A DNA stretch of 64,000 nucleotides from Takakia lepidozioides (lineage: Eukaryota; Plantae; Bryophyta). Below the pieces are notes generated by a model that saw nothing but the letters and a program-made list of their open reading frames with translations, was not told the DNA's origin and did no database searches. The stretch covers positions 55,056,001 through 55,120,000 of the forward strand of contig CM060731.1 of the NCBI GenBank assembly GCA_030704615.1. The letters run 5' to 3'. A program made the translations under genes and the position numbers. Shown one piece after another: positions 26,925 to 38,343 of the stretch. The stretch's first letter is position 1; each line of letters begins with the position of its first letter.

Positions 26925-27613
26925 AATCAGTGACAGGTGGACGCAGGATAACTTCAGTGAAATGGCCGGCGGAAGAAAGGACGAAAGCCAGTTTAAAAAT
27001 GGACACGTGGAAGTCAGGGCGCGACACACAGCTGAGAAGGAAGTGCAAGAACAGGTGTCATCAAGAAAGAGGACAAGAATGGCCGTCAAAATACCTAATC
27101 AGCGCGTCAAATTGGATCAAAGGCGGGCCCATTAATGAATACGGTAAAAGGGGAACGGAACAAACGGCAAGTACAGAAAAGCGAAATTCTTGTTACATGT
27201 GTGATCCTAGTGGACTATCCAGCAGGGAAAGTCCACTAAAGAAAATGAAATCTAAAATCCAGTCACAGCGGTTACAGCCAATAGAAAGCCAGAGAAAGGA
27301 TCAAGAAATTGGAGGGAAATTAAGCGCAAGAGGCGGCGTCGTTCTGAGTAACGGGCGTCGCGAAGGGACAAACCATCAATGCGATAGCTTTGAAGCTATG
27401 GAGGAACTAACAGACTATACGCTCGCAATATTACTTACGCAGTGGCATAGGGACGAAAAAACAGAGCGGATCTTTTCTCTTGAGCGATGCTTGCAAGCCC
27501 CGCAGGCTTACAAGAAATTACCCATAGCTTTTTGTGGCAACCATACGTTTATGCTTTGTGCACTACAGGCATTTCTTTAGTTGTTATAGTCAAAACATTT
27601 CTGTGGGTCTAGA

Positions 27614-29697
27614 ATGAAGAGAGTGAGAGGAATGGAGGAAATCAGGGTGAAGAGCACCACAATTCTGCAGAAACAAACGATTGCTACCCCACAGGCGATA
27701 CAGATACTAAAGGAGCTGAGATTGCAAGGATTGCAAAGCAAAGATTGGACATTGCACCATAGACAGTACATGTTACAATTCTTGCAGAACTTTGAGCCAA
27801 GGACAGGAGCAACAACGGTGAAGGGAGTTGAATTAGTAATTACTCCCCTATACCTCCAGCAATTGTTTCGATTGCCAGCAGGCCAGGTGCATGTGGAGGA
27901 GCACAGGGCAAGACTGCAAATAGGGGACTTATTCCAAGAAGGGAGTTTCTTTAAAACTCAGGGTTACGCTTGTATCAAGTCCGTGTACCCAGGGCTAAAG
28001 GAGGTAGGCCAGGTATTGAACGTTCTGTTTGCCATGAAACAGAACCAACAATATTTGAGCAGATCCTTCACAGAGGAAATACTCAAAGCCCTGAGAGGAG
28101 AAGAGGTAGAATGGGCGGACATAATGTACAACGCACTGGTAGAAGAGATGAAAAGATTACAGGGTACTGCAGCAAGTCTCCTATCATAGTGTCTGGCCCA
28201 ATCATTGCTCAAATAATTCTTGATTCTGGCATACTTGATGCGCGAGAAAGAAAGGAGATGGGAGTGTTTGAGCCAGAAACCACTGCAATGGAAGAGCAAG
28301 GCTCTTCACACAGTGAGGGTGGACTGGCAGGGCAACCCGAGAATAAGAGACATAGGCGGGGAAAGACTGTAGTGGCGGATCCACTGGCTTCATGGAATCC
28401 GCATGATAATGTTTCCCAAGTTTTTGTGCAGGAAGAGGCACAGCAGCACAGAGAAATGCTATTACTGGAAGCAGGACCTTCAGAGAGGGAAGAGGAAGTT
28501 ACTTCAGTATCACAGCCATCACAGCCAGAGGATCGGCTTGTCACAAGGTTACCACAAGTTGTCCATGCAGTTCAACCAGAAATAATTGATTTAGAAAAAG
28601 AAGGGTTAGATATTCCTACTACAGAACAGGTGGTGGCAGAAATTGAGAAGGGGGACCTTCTCTATGAATATTCTGGTATGGTCAAGGAGACAGTGATTCC
28701 GGAGGTGCAATGTTTGTCCAAGGGAAACCCTGCGGCGCATATAATACACACACCTGTGACGGAGGTACCACAGGTAGAATGCCAAGACACTGCAGCACCA
28801 GTGACGGATGAAGTGGTTCACGAAGAAAATCTGGTGGGGCAATGGCCTGAATGGTTCGTAAGGCATCACACTTTTGAGGATTAGGGAGAACAGTAGCAAG
28901 CTCACCATGATGACCCTCAACAGGCTATGCTTATGAGTCCCATAAGCAGGACACTGAATTTGTTGGGTACTTATGTCAAATCCCATGTTCCCACTACTCA
29001 ATTGGCAGCTTTGAGGGAGGAACTCAGGCAAGAGTTTGAGGCTCGACTTGCCACAGAGTGTGCAAACAAGGTCGATGAAGAGGTCACTCTCAAAATGCAG
29101 CAAAACTTGGTGAGTACAGAAGTGGCTTTGCAATTGGCCAAGGAACAATTGATTGAGGCAGGCCTCGCACAAGAACACTTGCACGAAGCACATAAGCAAC
29201 AACTATACCAAATGCAGGTGAAGCATGAAAGCAAGTTGCAGTGAATCCACTACATATGGAGTTGCAAACAGTGCATGACAGGATGGCCATACAATGTGCT
29301 ACACTCACAACTATGCTTGACTAATCTACAAAAGAAATAAACAGTCAAGCGGAAAAATGTACGAAGGCAGAAGAAGAGAATGTTGAGCAAATGAAACTCA
29401 TTGTCGATATGAAGAATACAATCTGTCGCAATGAGGATACTTTCAAGCAATACAGGCAGGTTGAAGCTGACCAAGAGAAGCACATCCTGGAGTTGCAACA
29501 AACGGTCATGGCCAATAGAAATGAAATCTCGGTCACTAACAAGGCTTGGAAGGAAGCCAATAATCTGCTTGCTGCTTATGCGAATTTGGTTGAACCTCAT
29601 GCGAAGCGCATGGAGGCTTTACAACAGCAGTTTGATGTGTACAAACTCAGAGAGGAGCACACTCTCAGAGGAACCGCAAGCAACTTGGTGGATAACC
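27614..29697 (+). pseudogene. Extra post-pol ORF of Gypsy family A (globular N-terminus, acidic linker, coiled-coil-like C-terminus), broken
   Basis: ORF pieces 27614-28189, 27970-28884, 28927-29244 and 29391-29702. A homologous inverted copy is at 41960-43990. Confidence 0.7.
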
Positions 29698-31362
29698 TGT
29701 AGTGTGAATGCAGGGGAGTGACATTACATTTTGGCTTCACCGTTAAGACCCTGCATCACTATAATGGGAGGGCCATCATACCAACTGCAAGAGGGATATA
29801 TCCCTCCATACAGGTAATTTTGTGGGCATACTGTACTCATGCGTTGCCAAAATAAAAATGGCTAAGTTGTGACCATGCATTTTTCATCCATGCGATGAAC
29901 GTTTTCGTCACTGATGCTCAACCTAAAATCCGCGAGGAAGGAAGAACGAAGAGGAAGGTGACGGGCGATTCGTAGCAGCTGCCGCGAGCTGTGGTGTTGA
30001 CAGGGCAGTCTGTGTTGAGAGGTTGTACCTGCGCTGTGGGACTTCGCTTGGTTTAGAGGGCAGCATTAAGTGCCTCTGCTTGGTATTCTGTGTAAAGGGA
30101 AGCGGTGCCGTCTTTCTCGTTGTGATGATCAATTCATGGAGATAGGAGCATGTAAGGAGAGCGGCGCACCACCGCTGCTGCCACTGTCTTGAAGATGACA
30201 GTTATGGGCAGATGAGCAAGCAAGGAGAACGGCCACCTGCCAGAAGCACAAGGAAGAGAATTTGAGCACAATCAATGGAGGCGATAAGGCATGTGGAGTG
30301 CTGGCTGGATGGCAACACAGGTTATCTGTAATCAGGCTTCTAGCTGCCTTTTTGTCTTCTTGCTATAGGTCCATTTCAGTTCTTAAAGAGCTACATGCAT
30401 AGAAGAATAGAGCAATTTAGTTGGCAAACCACAGGATGCTCCATAGGATGATGAGGAGACATCATGGCATGATAAACTCTGGAATCAAGACAAGGAGAAA
30501 AGGTTGTGGTGGCTGCTGACAGGCGATGGTGAGGTGCCATCTCGGCAGGCTGACCCACCGCTTCACTGGAGGATAAAAACAGATAAGTTGGTAGACTGTG
30601 GGCTTCTTCTTGGGGGTGGACTTAGAAATCGCTTTTGGTAGATTTAGGACTGCCCTGGTTGTTGAAAGGAAAGGGTGGAGACATGTGATAGAGGAAAGGT
30701 TTTTGGAAATGGAATGGAGACTCTGGACTTCAAACCAGAACATGGAAGGAATGGATACACCTGCCGTCGTAGTGTCAGTAAGAAAAATGAGTGAAGAGAG
30801 AGAGAGAGAGACTGTTGTCACAAAAAACAGAATGGTCACTGTTGTCTTCATTCTTGTTCTTGTTTCAGTGTTGTAAACCTGCACACAATGCTGCGGGGGG
30901 GGGTAGTGATACACTGGACCCAATGTAGATATAGCTTGTTTGCTTGGAGAGATAACTGAGGGTTAGCTGGAACTGTATGAAAACACAAAAGGGATAAGGT
31001 GTGATTTCAGCATTGTATCAGGATATGAACGACTTAAGCCCTTTTGTTGAAAGGAAAAGAGAGATGTTGGGTATTCAGGTTGAATCTGAAGAAGGGATGA
31101 GAGCTGTTTTGGGAAATGGGATCTTTTAAAAGAAAGGGGTAGTGTGAAGGGTTGAGTATTGACGGAGAGAAGAGAGAGAGAGAGAGATAGAGAGACTGAT
31201 GAAAGGGATGGTTTTGCCTTGTGAGACCAAGGATGACTTCATGGCTGGCTGCACTGGATGCCTGGCGGAGTGTGCATTTGCATTACGTGATAGATGGGCT
31301 GTATGTGAAGAAGTAAGGAGCCTGTAGACATAGACAGAGATAGAGAAACAGACGAGAAAAGG

Positions 31363-31418
<56 letters not shown>

Positions 31419-31947
31419 GCTGCTCAGCAAAAAGGGTTGATGGGGGGATGGCCAACTTGGGGAGATTGAGATGAAGAAAGCATGAATCCTGAAGGAAAAC
31501 CAGTGCCCCTGCAGTTTATGAAGATCTGAGCTGTCTCCCTCTAAATCTGTGTCACCATTACAAAAAGGGATTTCCGACATGTCACTGCTCAAGGGGGTTC
31601 ACATTAAGGGTCGTATTCACCGCTGCCATTGGGCTGCTTGCATCACATAAAAGATCACGCCAACACTGTTGGCGCAGTGAGCATAGGGCCAGGCTGTTGC
31701 ATAGAAGTAGAACCGAGGGCAAGAACAAACCAAAGACTCCCATCCATGTCTTCTCTTCCGCTGCGGCGTGGATGAGGATTCCGCAAACTCTGATCACGAA
31801 CGAACCTGAAGGAAAAACCCATATAGCCTCATGACGATGGTTGGACAGAAAAGAGAACGCTCCTTTCCTTTGCCCTGATACTTCAACAGGGACGAGTAGG
31901 AGGAGTACAGATTTAGGATTAACCAGAAGGGGATTCACGCCCCTTCT
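29698..31947 (+). mobile_element. LTR-like long repeat of gag family B, copy 1
   Basis: Family A homology stops at ~29697. 30300-31947 is colinear with 36325-37892. The repeat ends in the hairpin agaagggg-attcacg-ccccttct just before a PBS. The left boundary is inferred. Confidence 0.6.
31366..31415 (+). repeat. (AG)n microsatellite, about 25 units
   Basis: Direct reading. Confidence 0.95.
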
Positions 31948-31949
31948 TT

Positions 31950-31961
31950 TGGTATCAGAGC
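31950..31961 (+). promoter_or_regulatory. tRNA-iMet primer-binding site
   Basis: tggtatcagagc, the canonical plant tRNA-Met PBS. Confidence 0.9.
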
Positions 31962-32026
31962 AGGCCGGTCTTTGATCCGGGAAATGTAGGATTTAGTGTA
32001 GCAAGATAGGGGAGTGATTGCGAGCA

Positions 32027-34960
32027 ATGGTGACTAACATTCCATTTTACGGGAAGGAGGATGAGGATGTTTGCAGCTGGATCCAGAATCTGAAAAGGGA
32101 TGGAGAAATCCGGAGCTATGATAAGCACAAGTTATTTGTATCGGCATGGCTGAATCTCAAGGGACGGGCAGATACTTGGCATCGTATACAAAAACCAAGG
32201 CCCATGAACTGGCATGATTTTCAAGTAGCCATAATCTTGAAATTTGGAGGAGAAGATCAATCAAGTAAGAATGAAGTGATGTCAGCAAGGAAGTTTGATG
32301 AGATAGATACCAATGTGGAAGAGTCTGTTACAGGGATGGAAGAGAAATTATCTCTGATTGAGAAGGATAAGCACAACAGGTTCACACCTGTGAGTTCTAT
32401 TGATCATAAACCTATACCAGATCACAAAACAATGTCACGGAGGTGCTTTAGGGAGAAGAACCACACCAGTGAAGTCCCTGCAATGCTTCCTCGAGTTCTC
32501 AACTTGAACAAAACAAGGCAGCAAGTAGAGTGTTGCACTGCATGTCCATCAAGACAGAATCAGATCCGAAGTGAAAAGAATCACCGGCTGGGGCTGCAAA
32601 TGGGAACATGTGGAATGCAAGATTCAGGCTGTGAAATGTTGGAACAATGGGAGTCGAAGAGCAGCAGAAGGATGGAATTCGAATGTGTAAGCTCTCTTGG
32701 CACAAACGTTGTGAATGTGTTTTGTGATGTGGAAGAAGAGATCTTGGAAGATATCTTTTGTTCAACAGAGAGTCAATCAGGTGTCAATGAAGAGTGTGCA
32801 CCTAGATTGCAAGTTCCTGTGCAGATCCTAAGGTCTTCTACAAAGGCACATGTAGATCAAGACATGCTTGGGGAGTATGGGCATAGTGTTGCCAACTCAC
32901 CAAGGATTAGTGGTACAACCTGTGAAGTGAGTGTCTTGAGAGACGAAGATGACAAGGAGTCTTGGGCAGATCTGATGGGATGGGTAGAGGAAGAGTGTAC
33001 ATTGCTCGCTCAAACGAGAAAGGGTCTGGATCAAGATGCACCTCTGGAATCAGACATAAAGGATGCACAGTTGGAGATAGAGCAAGACATGCGGAAAAAA
33101 TGTGGAACCAAGCAAGAGTTAGAAGCAAGGGATGATTGTCTTGATCATGATACCGCCACCACACCAATATACAGAAATCTTGATGTCATCAACGACAACG
33201 TGCAAGGGTTGTGTGGTCAAAATTTATTGAGTGAAGAAGAGTTCAGAAGTAGGAAGTTTCAGTTGCACGACCAATGCTATGTAGATGGGCAGGTCACTGC
33301 CTTTTGTTCATCCAAGAAGGGTCATATGGAGTGTAAAGAAAGACACACATGTGGACACCAATTGGGAATGGGAGGAGTGAGATGTGCGCAATGCAAGACA
33401 AAGGAGGACAATGAACCTGAATACAAAAGGAGTTCGGAACACTCAAGTAAAGGAGGACATACGACCAATATAGCACATGAGAAGGATGACAAGGAAGATG
33501 GTATGTCTAAGTGGATGTTGGTTGAGTGCACAAGAGACATCAGCTTGCATGACAACTTGGGATCAGATGTGAGTCCGCTGAAATCACCAGTTCGTGCCAA
33601 AAGCCAGAGTGTCTCTCCAGCCCTTGAAACTGTAGATGTTGATACAAGGAAACTTGAATTCCCACCCACAAAACAAAGGATGGGAGATTTGAGTACCGTT
33701 CACAAGAAAGATTTGAAATCTTCTCACGGTTCAACACTCTTGTTGTGGAAAATGGGGAAACTAGCAGCAAAGTTTGACTCTCTTAGAGAGATGCATCTTG
33801 GGATGGAGAGGATGCATAGGGATCAGAAAGAGAAGGTTGGCCTTTCTGCTGAGAAGACCCTGGTTGACCTGATAACGTTCAGAGGTCAGCCAATGAACTA
33901 TGCCCAGCAAAGGGTATGGGATCCGGGTACACGAGGACATCTGAGAATGCTCAGTGCAAGCTCAAGCATTAAAGTGAAGGAGCTGCATGTCTTGTATGGG
34001 AGGCAGCTCATGACAAGTCATGTCTCTGTAGAGAGTAATCTGCAGCCTATGGAGCTGAAAAAACAAGAGCAGAGCAGCTCTGGAACAGCCGCTCCACCAA
34101 GTGACAGTTTGATTGAGGAAAGAAGTGGAGAAGGTTGTGAAAAGGGTGACTCGGTGGTGCTGTATGAAGGAGAGATGAAGGTAATGTGCCATCATCCCCA
34201 AGCATACCTAGATCATTGGCATCACATGGGTGCTAATGGCCTTGAAGAGTGCTTTGACATTGTAACTGAAGGAGCTAAGGCTATGCCAGCAGATGCAATT
34301 CAGAGAGGCAATGAGCTTTCTACAGATGCTGGAGATGAAGGAGAGAAGCCCAAACAGGTGACGTTCCTGTGTGTGTTGAATGCATGTGCGAACCTGGCAG
34401 ACCGGGTAAAAGGCGAAGAGGTCCATGATGACAGTATCAAATCTGGTATTGCACCAGATATCATTATGGAGACTGCCATTGTTGACAGGTATGCCAAACG
34501 TGGGAGCATGAATGCACAACATGTGTGTGACAATGTGTCTCACAGAAAAGTGGGGCCATGGAGAGTAATGATTGCAGGTTATGCCCAGCATGGCTCTGAA
34601 GCACAGACCCTGCAACTGTTTGAACAAATGAAGCAGGAAGGTATGCCACCCAATCTGCTCTCATGGAGTGCAATGATTTCAGGATATGCCCAGCATGGTT
34701 GTGAAATTCAGGCTCAGGAGATGGATGGGCAGTTGATGTGGGAGGCTATGAAGCCTACCCATGTCACGATCACTTCTACTTGCAAAGCATACACCAGCCC
34801 TGAATCTCTTAAAGAGGGCAGGCTGGTTGAAAGGGAAGAAGGAAGGCATGGTAACCAGAGGGTTGCCCATGACTTGCCACCAACAATGCAAATGAAATTG
34901 CAGCCTGCTGTTGAGGACAACCTGCATGCAGGAGGAAATTTGTGGACTGGTGTCACATAA
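32027..34960 (+). CDS. Gag-PPR fusion ORF of a non-autonomous LTR-type retroelement
   Basis: The N-terminus (PFYGKEDEDVCSWI..WLNLKGRADTW..WHDFQVAIILKFG) is homologous to the gag at 38344. RVWDPG motif. About 5 degenerate PLS motifs at ~34340-34830. Ends VEDNLHAGG, resembling the LEDK/PPT end of Gypsy-derived ORFs. No stop codons. Confidence 0.8.
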   Translation: MVTNIPFYGKEDEDVCSWIQNLKRDGEIRSYDKHKLFVSAWLNLKGRADTWHRIQKPRPMNWHDFQVAIILKFGGEDQSSKNEVMSARKFDEIDTNVEESVTGMEEKLSLIEKDKHNRFTPVSSIDHKPIPDHKTMSRRCFREKNHTSEVPAMLPRVLNLNKTRQQVECCTACPSRQNQIRSEKNHRLGLQMGTCGMQDSGCEMLEQWESKSSRRMEFECVSSLGTNVVNVFCDVEEEILEDIFCSTESQSGVNEECAPRLQVPVQILRSSTKAHVDQDMLGEYGHSVANSPRISGTTCEVSVLRDEDDKESWADLMGWVEEECTLLAQTRKGLDQDAPLESDIKDAQLEIEQDMRKKCGTKQELEARDDCLDHDTATTPIYRNLDVINDNVQGLCGQNLLSEEEFRSRKFQLHDQCYVDGQVTAFCSSKKGHMECKERHTCGHQLGMGGVRCAQCKTKEDNEPEYKRSSEHSSKGGHTTNIAHEKDDKEDGMSKWMLVECTRDISLHDNLGSDVSPLKSPVRAKSQSVSPALETVDVDTRKLEFPPTKQRMGDLSTVHKKDLKSSHGSTLLLWKMGKLAAKFDSLREMHLGMERMHRDQKEKVGLSAEKTLVDLITFRGQPMNYAQQRVWDPGTRGHLRMLSASSSIKVKELHVLYGRQLMTSHVSVESNLQPMELKKQEQSSSGTAAPPSDSLIEERSGEGCEKGDSVVLYEGEMKVMCHHPQAYLDHWHHMGANGLEECFDIVTEGAKAMPADAIQRGNELSTDAGDEGEKPKQVTFLCVLNACANLADRVKGEEVHDDSIKSGIAPDIIMETAIVDRYAKRGSMNAQHVCDNVSHRKVGPWRVMIAGYAQHGSEAQTLQLFEQMKQEGMPPNLLSWSAMISGYAQHGCEIQAQEMDGQLMWEAMKPTHVTITSTCKAYTSPESLKEGRLVEREEGRHGNQRVAHDLPPTMQMKLQPAVEDNLHAGGNLWTGVT

Positions 34961-34984
34961 ATCGTTTGTGGCCCAGAGATAGGC

Positions 34985-36355
34985 ATGATCCACAAACCAA
35001 ACAAAATCAAGCTAGCTTGCAATTCCTGCGCCAACCCGCATTTCCGCCACAGGGCAGAGGAGGTACATACAACATTGTGGGGTCAACCGCTTGTCAACAA
35101 TAAGGTCTCGTATTTATTTGCGGCCATGTTGTACACAGAGTTGATTTTATTGCGACCGGTGGATTGGCAAACTGCCACTGCGAGACAACGTACTAGACTA
35201 TACATGTTCTCTGATATCCCAGACTTGTATATACGTCAGGGGCAGGACATCATACGTTTCGATGGAAACGACGAGGTGGAAGAAGGAGGAAAGGCGGATG
35301 GAAACGACGATGTGAAAGAAGGAGGAAATGCAGACCAACCTCCAGATTATACGCCGCAACGTGTCTCCACAGCCGGGCTTTCAACGTCCGAGGTGGAGGG
35401 GGGCGAGGTACGCTCTCCGTTGGAGGAACAATTGGCCGCACATAAACAGCACATCAAAGACCTGTAGGACATTGTTCATTTGCAACGGTGGCAAATAGCG
35501 AAGTTGCTGGAAAGAATGGGGTTGGGGACTCTCGACAGCGTACGCAGTGTGCTTCAGGACCCAAGGCCAATCACCAATGAGCAAGACATATTGGCGCGTT
35601 TGAATATGCCACCAATGGACATTGACCGCGTCATCGACGGGGTTGACTCAATCGGGCATGGGAATGAAGTGCAAACGTCTGAAATGGACCCGACGAGGGT
35701 TGAGAAAGAAAGACTTGCGGCGGAGAGGGCAAGAAAAGATAAGGACCCCATAGTGAAAACTGGGGAATGTTCAACCCTGCAAATTACATCGGCCCAAGAA
35801 CATGAATTAGAGCAGCTTGTGGGGGAACGCGAGCAAGCTAGGGTTGTTGCATATCGGTACTCAAATACCATGCAAATCCGATCGTGGCCATGGTTGAAGG
35901 GGAATTGGCGGAATTGGGCGGGCCATCTAGCATCGCGGGAAACACGGATAGAAGAAGCGTTGTCCTCCTTCCATTTGTCGAATCGAAGTGTAGATAGCAT
36001 CTATGCTAATTTGCAAAGGCACGACACTGTGCGTGATGCATTCACGTCGAAGTACACTGGATTCACCACATGGGGTGATGTGCATGTCATGTTTGAGCAC
36101 TGTGTGCATACAATTTTCGATACCAATAACAGCATAAACTGGGATTTGGAAGTAGAGGAGGAGTGGGACACCAGGCCGAGGATGTCATCCTACATTAATG
36201 AGGATAAACGGACGTGGATACCACAAAGCAATCCAGCGTCATGGGTAACAGATGGTACGGTGTGCACAATGTGCCTAAACCCAGCTCGACATAACGAGCA
36301 TCTGCCAGAGCGAATGAGGGATTGGCTTGTGGATGGTGACTCAGGTTATCTGTAA
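34985..36355 (+). pseudogene. Uncharacterised, probably TE-borne ORF (two in-frame segments), truncated at a CxxC
   Basis: ORFs 34985-35467 and 35480-36355 are in the same frame, separated by a TAG. The product ends with TVCTMCLNP before running into the family B repeat. Confidence 0.4.
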
Positions 36356-37892
36356 ATAAGGAGGTAAAGAGTGGAATGTACAGATGCATGAAGCTTTCAG
36401 ATGATCACTGTCTTTTTGTTATAAGATCATATCATATCTTAGGGTAGATTTGCTTAGTTAGTGAGAAAGGGTAGTTAGTTGGCAGGCTATAGGGATGTTG
36501 CCATAGGCTGAAGCAGGGCCGTCATGACTTAATGAACGCTGGAATCGTCAAATCCAGACGAGAAGAGGAGTTAAGGTAGCTGCTGACGGAGATGGTGAGG
36601 TGCCATTTTGGGTAGGTAGACCCACCGCTTCACCTGGAGTATAAGACAGATAAGTTCGTAGACACGAGGCTTCTTCTTTTTGGCACTTAGGAATTGTTGT
36701 TGTGAAATTTTGGTAGAGACTCTCAAACTGAGAGCGTGATGAGGACAGGAAAAAGATTTTGAGAAATGGAATGGGGACTCTGGACTTCAAACCAGGATGG
36801 GGTGGAGATGAATGGATCTGATGCACATGTCTGTAGGAGTGTTGAGTGAGGGCATATGTAGTTCACCCACAGTGATAGAATGCTTGCTGTTTGTTTTGTT
36901 TTTGCTCCTTTGGCTTCAGTATCATGAATCTGCATACAATGCGGCTCTGGGATTTTGATGATTAGATGTAATGCAATCCAGTGTAGTTGATGTGAGCACT
37001 AGTGAGGGTTAGCTGTAACCTCTTTGAAATCAGAAAGAGGAAGAGGTGGATGGGGCTGCAAACTGACACTGATGTGGAGTTTAGAACTGGTTCAGAGTGG
37101 ACTCAACATTTGAACTTTGTGGTTCAAATCTGAAAGGGCAAAAGTGAGCTGTTGGGGTGTTTAGATGCTGATCTGTAGAAGGGTTGGGAACTGACTGACA
37201 AACTGGGTTGTCCCTAGAGGCAAACAGTATGAAGGGTCTGTTTTGGGTGAGAGAAAGACTGATGGAAGAGCTGATCATGTCTTGTGTGATCAAGGTTTGA
37301 TTCCAAGGCTGATTCACTGGATACATGGTTGAATGTGTTTGCATTGCATGTAGATAGGCTGCGGGTTGGAAGAAAATGAGGAATTTTACAGCAGGAAGGA
37401 GAGAGAAAAGGTTTGGGAAGGGAGAGAGATGCTCAGTAAAAGGGGTAATGAGAGATGGTCAACTGGGAGATAGAGGAAAAACCATGACATCTGCAGAGAA
37501 TCACTAGGCCTGTAATTCATGGCAGATCTGAGTTGTCTTTCTCTTATCAGTGATCTCATTACAAAAGGGGTTTCGACGTGTGTTACTCAAGGGTGATGCC
37601 CACATGGGTCGCATTTAGCTCCATCATAGGGCTGGTTGTATCACTGAAAACATCACAGCAGCACCATTGGTGCTGCAATTGTATAAAGATTGTGTAAATC
37701 ATGAACAAGAAGGATTCAATCCCCATCCATGTTTTCTCTTCCGCTGCGGCGTGGATGAGGATTTATGAACTCTGATCATGAACGATAGGAGGGAAACCCA
37801 TAACCGTGTGCCGCTGGTAGATTGCTAGGTTGTTCTTTTTACTGGAAGAAGTACAATTAGAATTACACAGAAGGGGATTTAGGACCCCTTCT
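36325..37892 (+). mobile_element. LTR-like long repeat of gag family B, copy 2
   Basis: Diverged direct repeat of 30300-31947 (e.g. shared tcttccgctgcggcgtggatgaggatt). Ends agaagggg-atttagga-ccccttct. Confidence 0.65.
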
Positions 37893-37894
37893 TT

Positions 37895-37906
37895 TGGTAT
37901 CAGAGC
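37895..37906 (+). promoter_or_regulatory. tRNA-iMet primer-binding site
   Basis: tggtatcagagc. Confidence 0.9.
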
Positions 37907-38343
37907 TGCGCTGAATCTTGCTATTAGCTAGGGATCTTGATTGGGATTGGCTGGTTTGATGGCAGGCAGAGACCACACACTGATTCCTGATGAACCAAGC
38001 ATTGGAGATGTGCTGATTTGCTTTAGCCAACGCTCAGCAAATGCCTATTCAGAGCCTCGTTTGTACATCTTCAACCCTGCTTGGAGAATAGCTGATGGTG
38101 ATTTATGTCTTAGGGTGATACATGCTGGAGGTAGAATAACCATTGTGCTTTGGATAAGAGAGTTAGGAAGGTAGGAGAAGATAAACACCATGGCACGAGA
38201 GGTGACATGGGGAGGTAGAGTAGAAATGTTGAGAAATGGACAGTGGGAGTGGTATAGAGGTCAGCATTAGGGGTGTTTCAGGAAAATTTAAGATCAGAAT
38301 TAGGTGTTAAACCAGCTTTGAACTCAGACTAGAGTGTAGAAGA

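Noticed and set aside
31925-31950. Hairpin plus T-run as a bacterial intrinsic terminator
   Set aside because: Nuclear retroelement context; the T-run merges into a tRNA-Met PBS.
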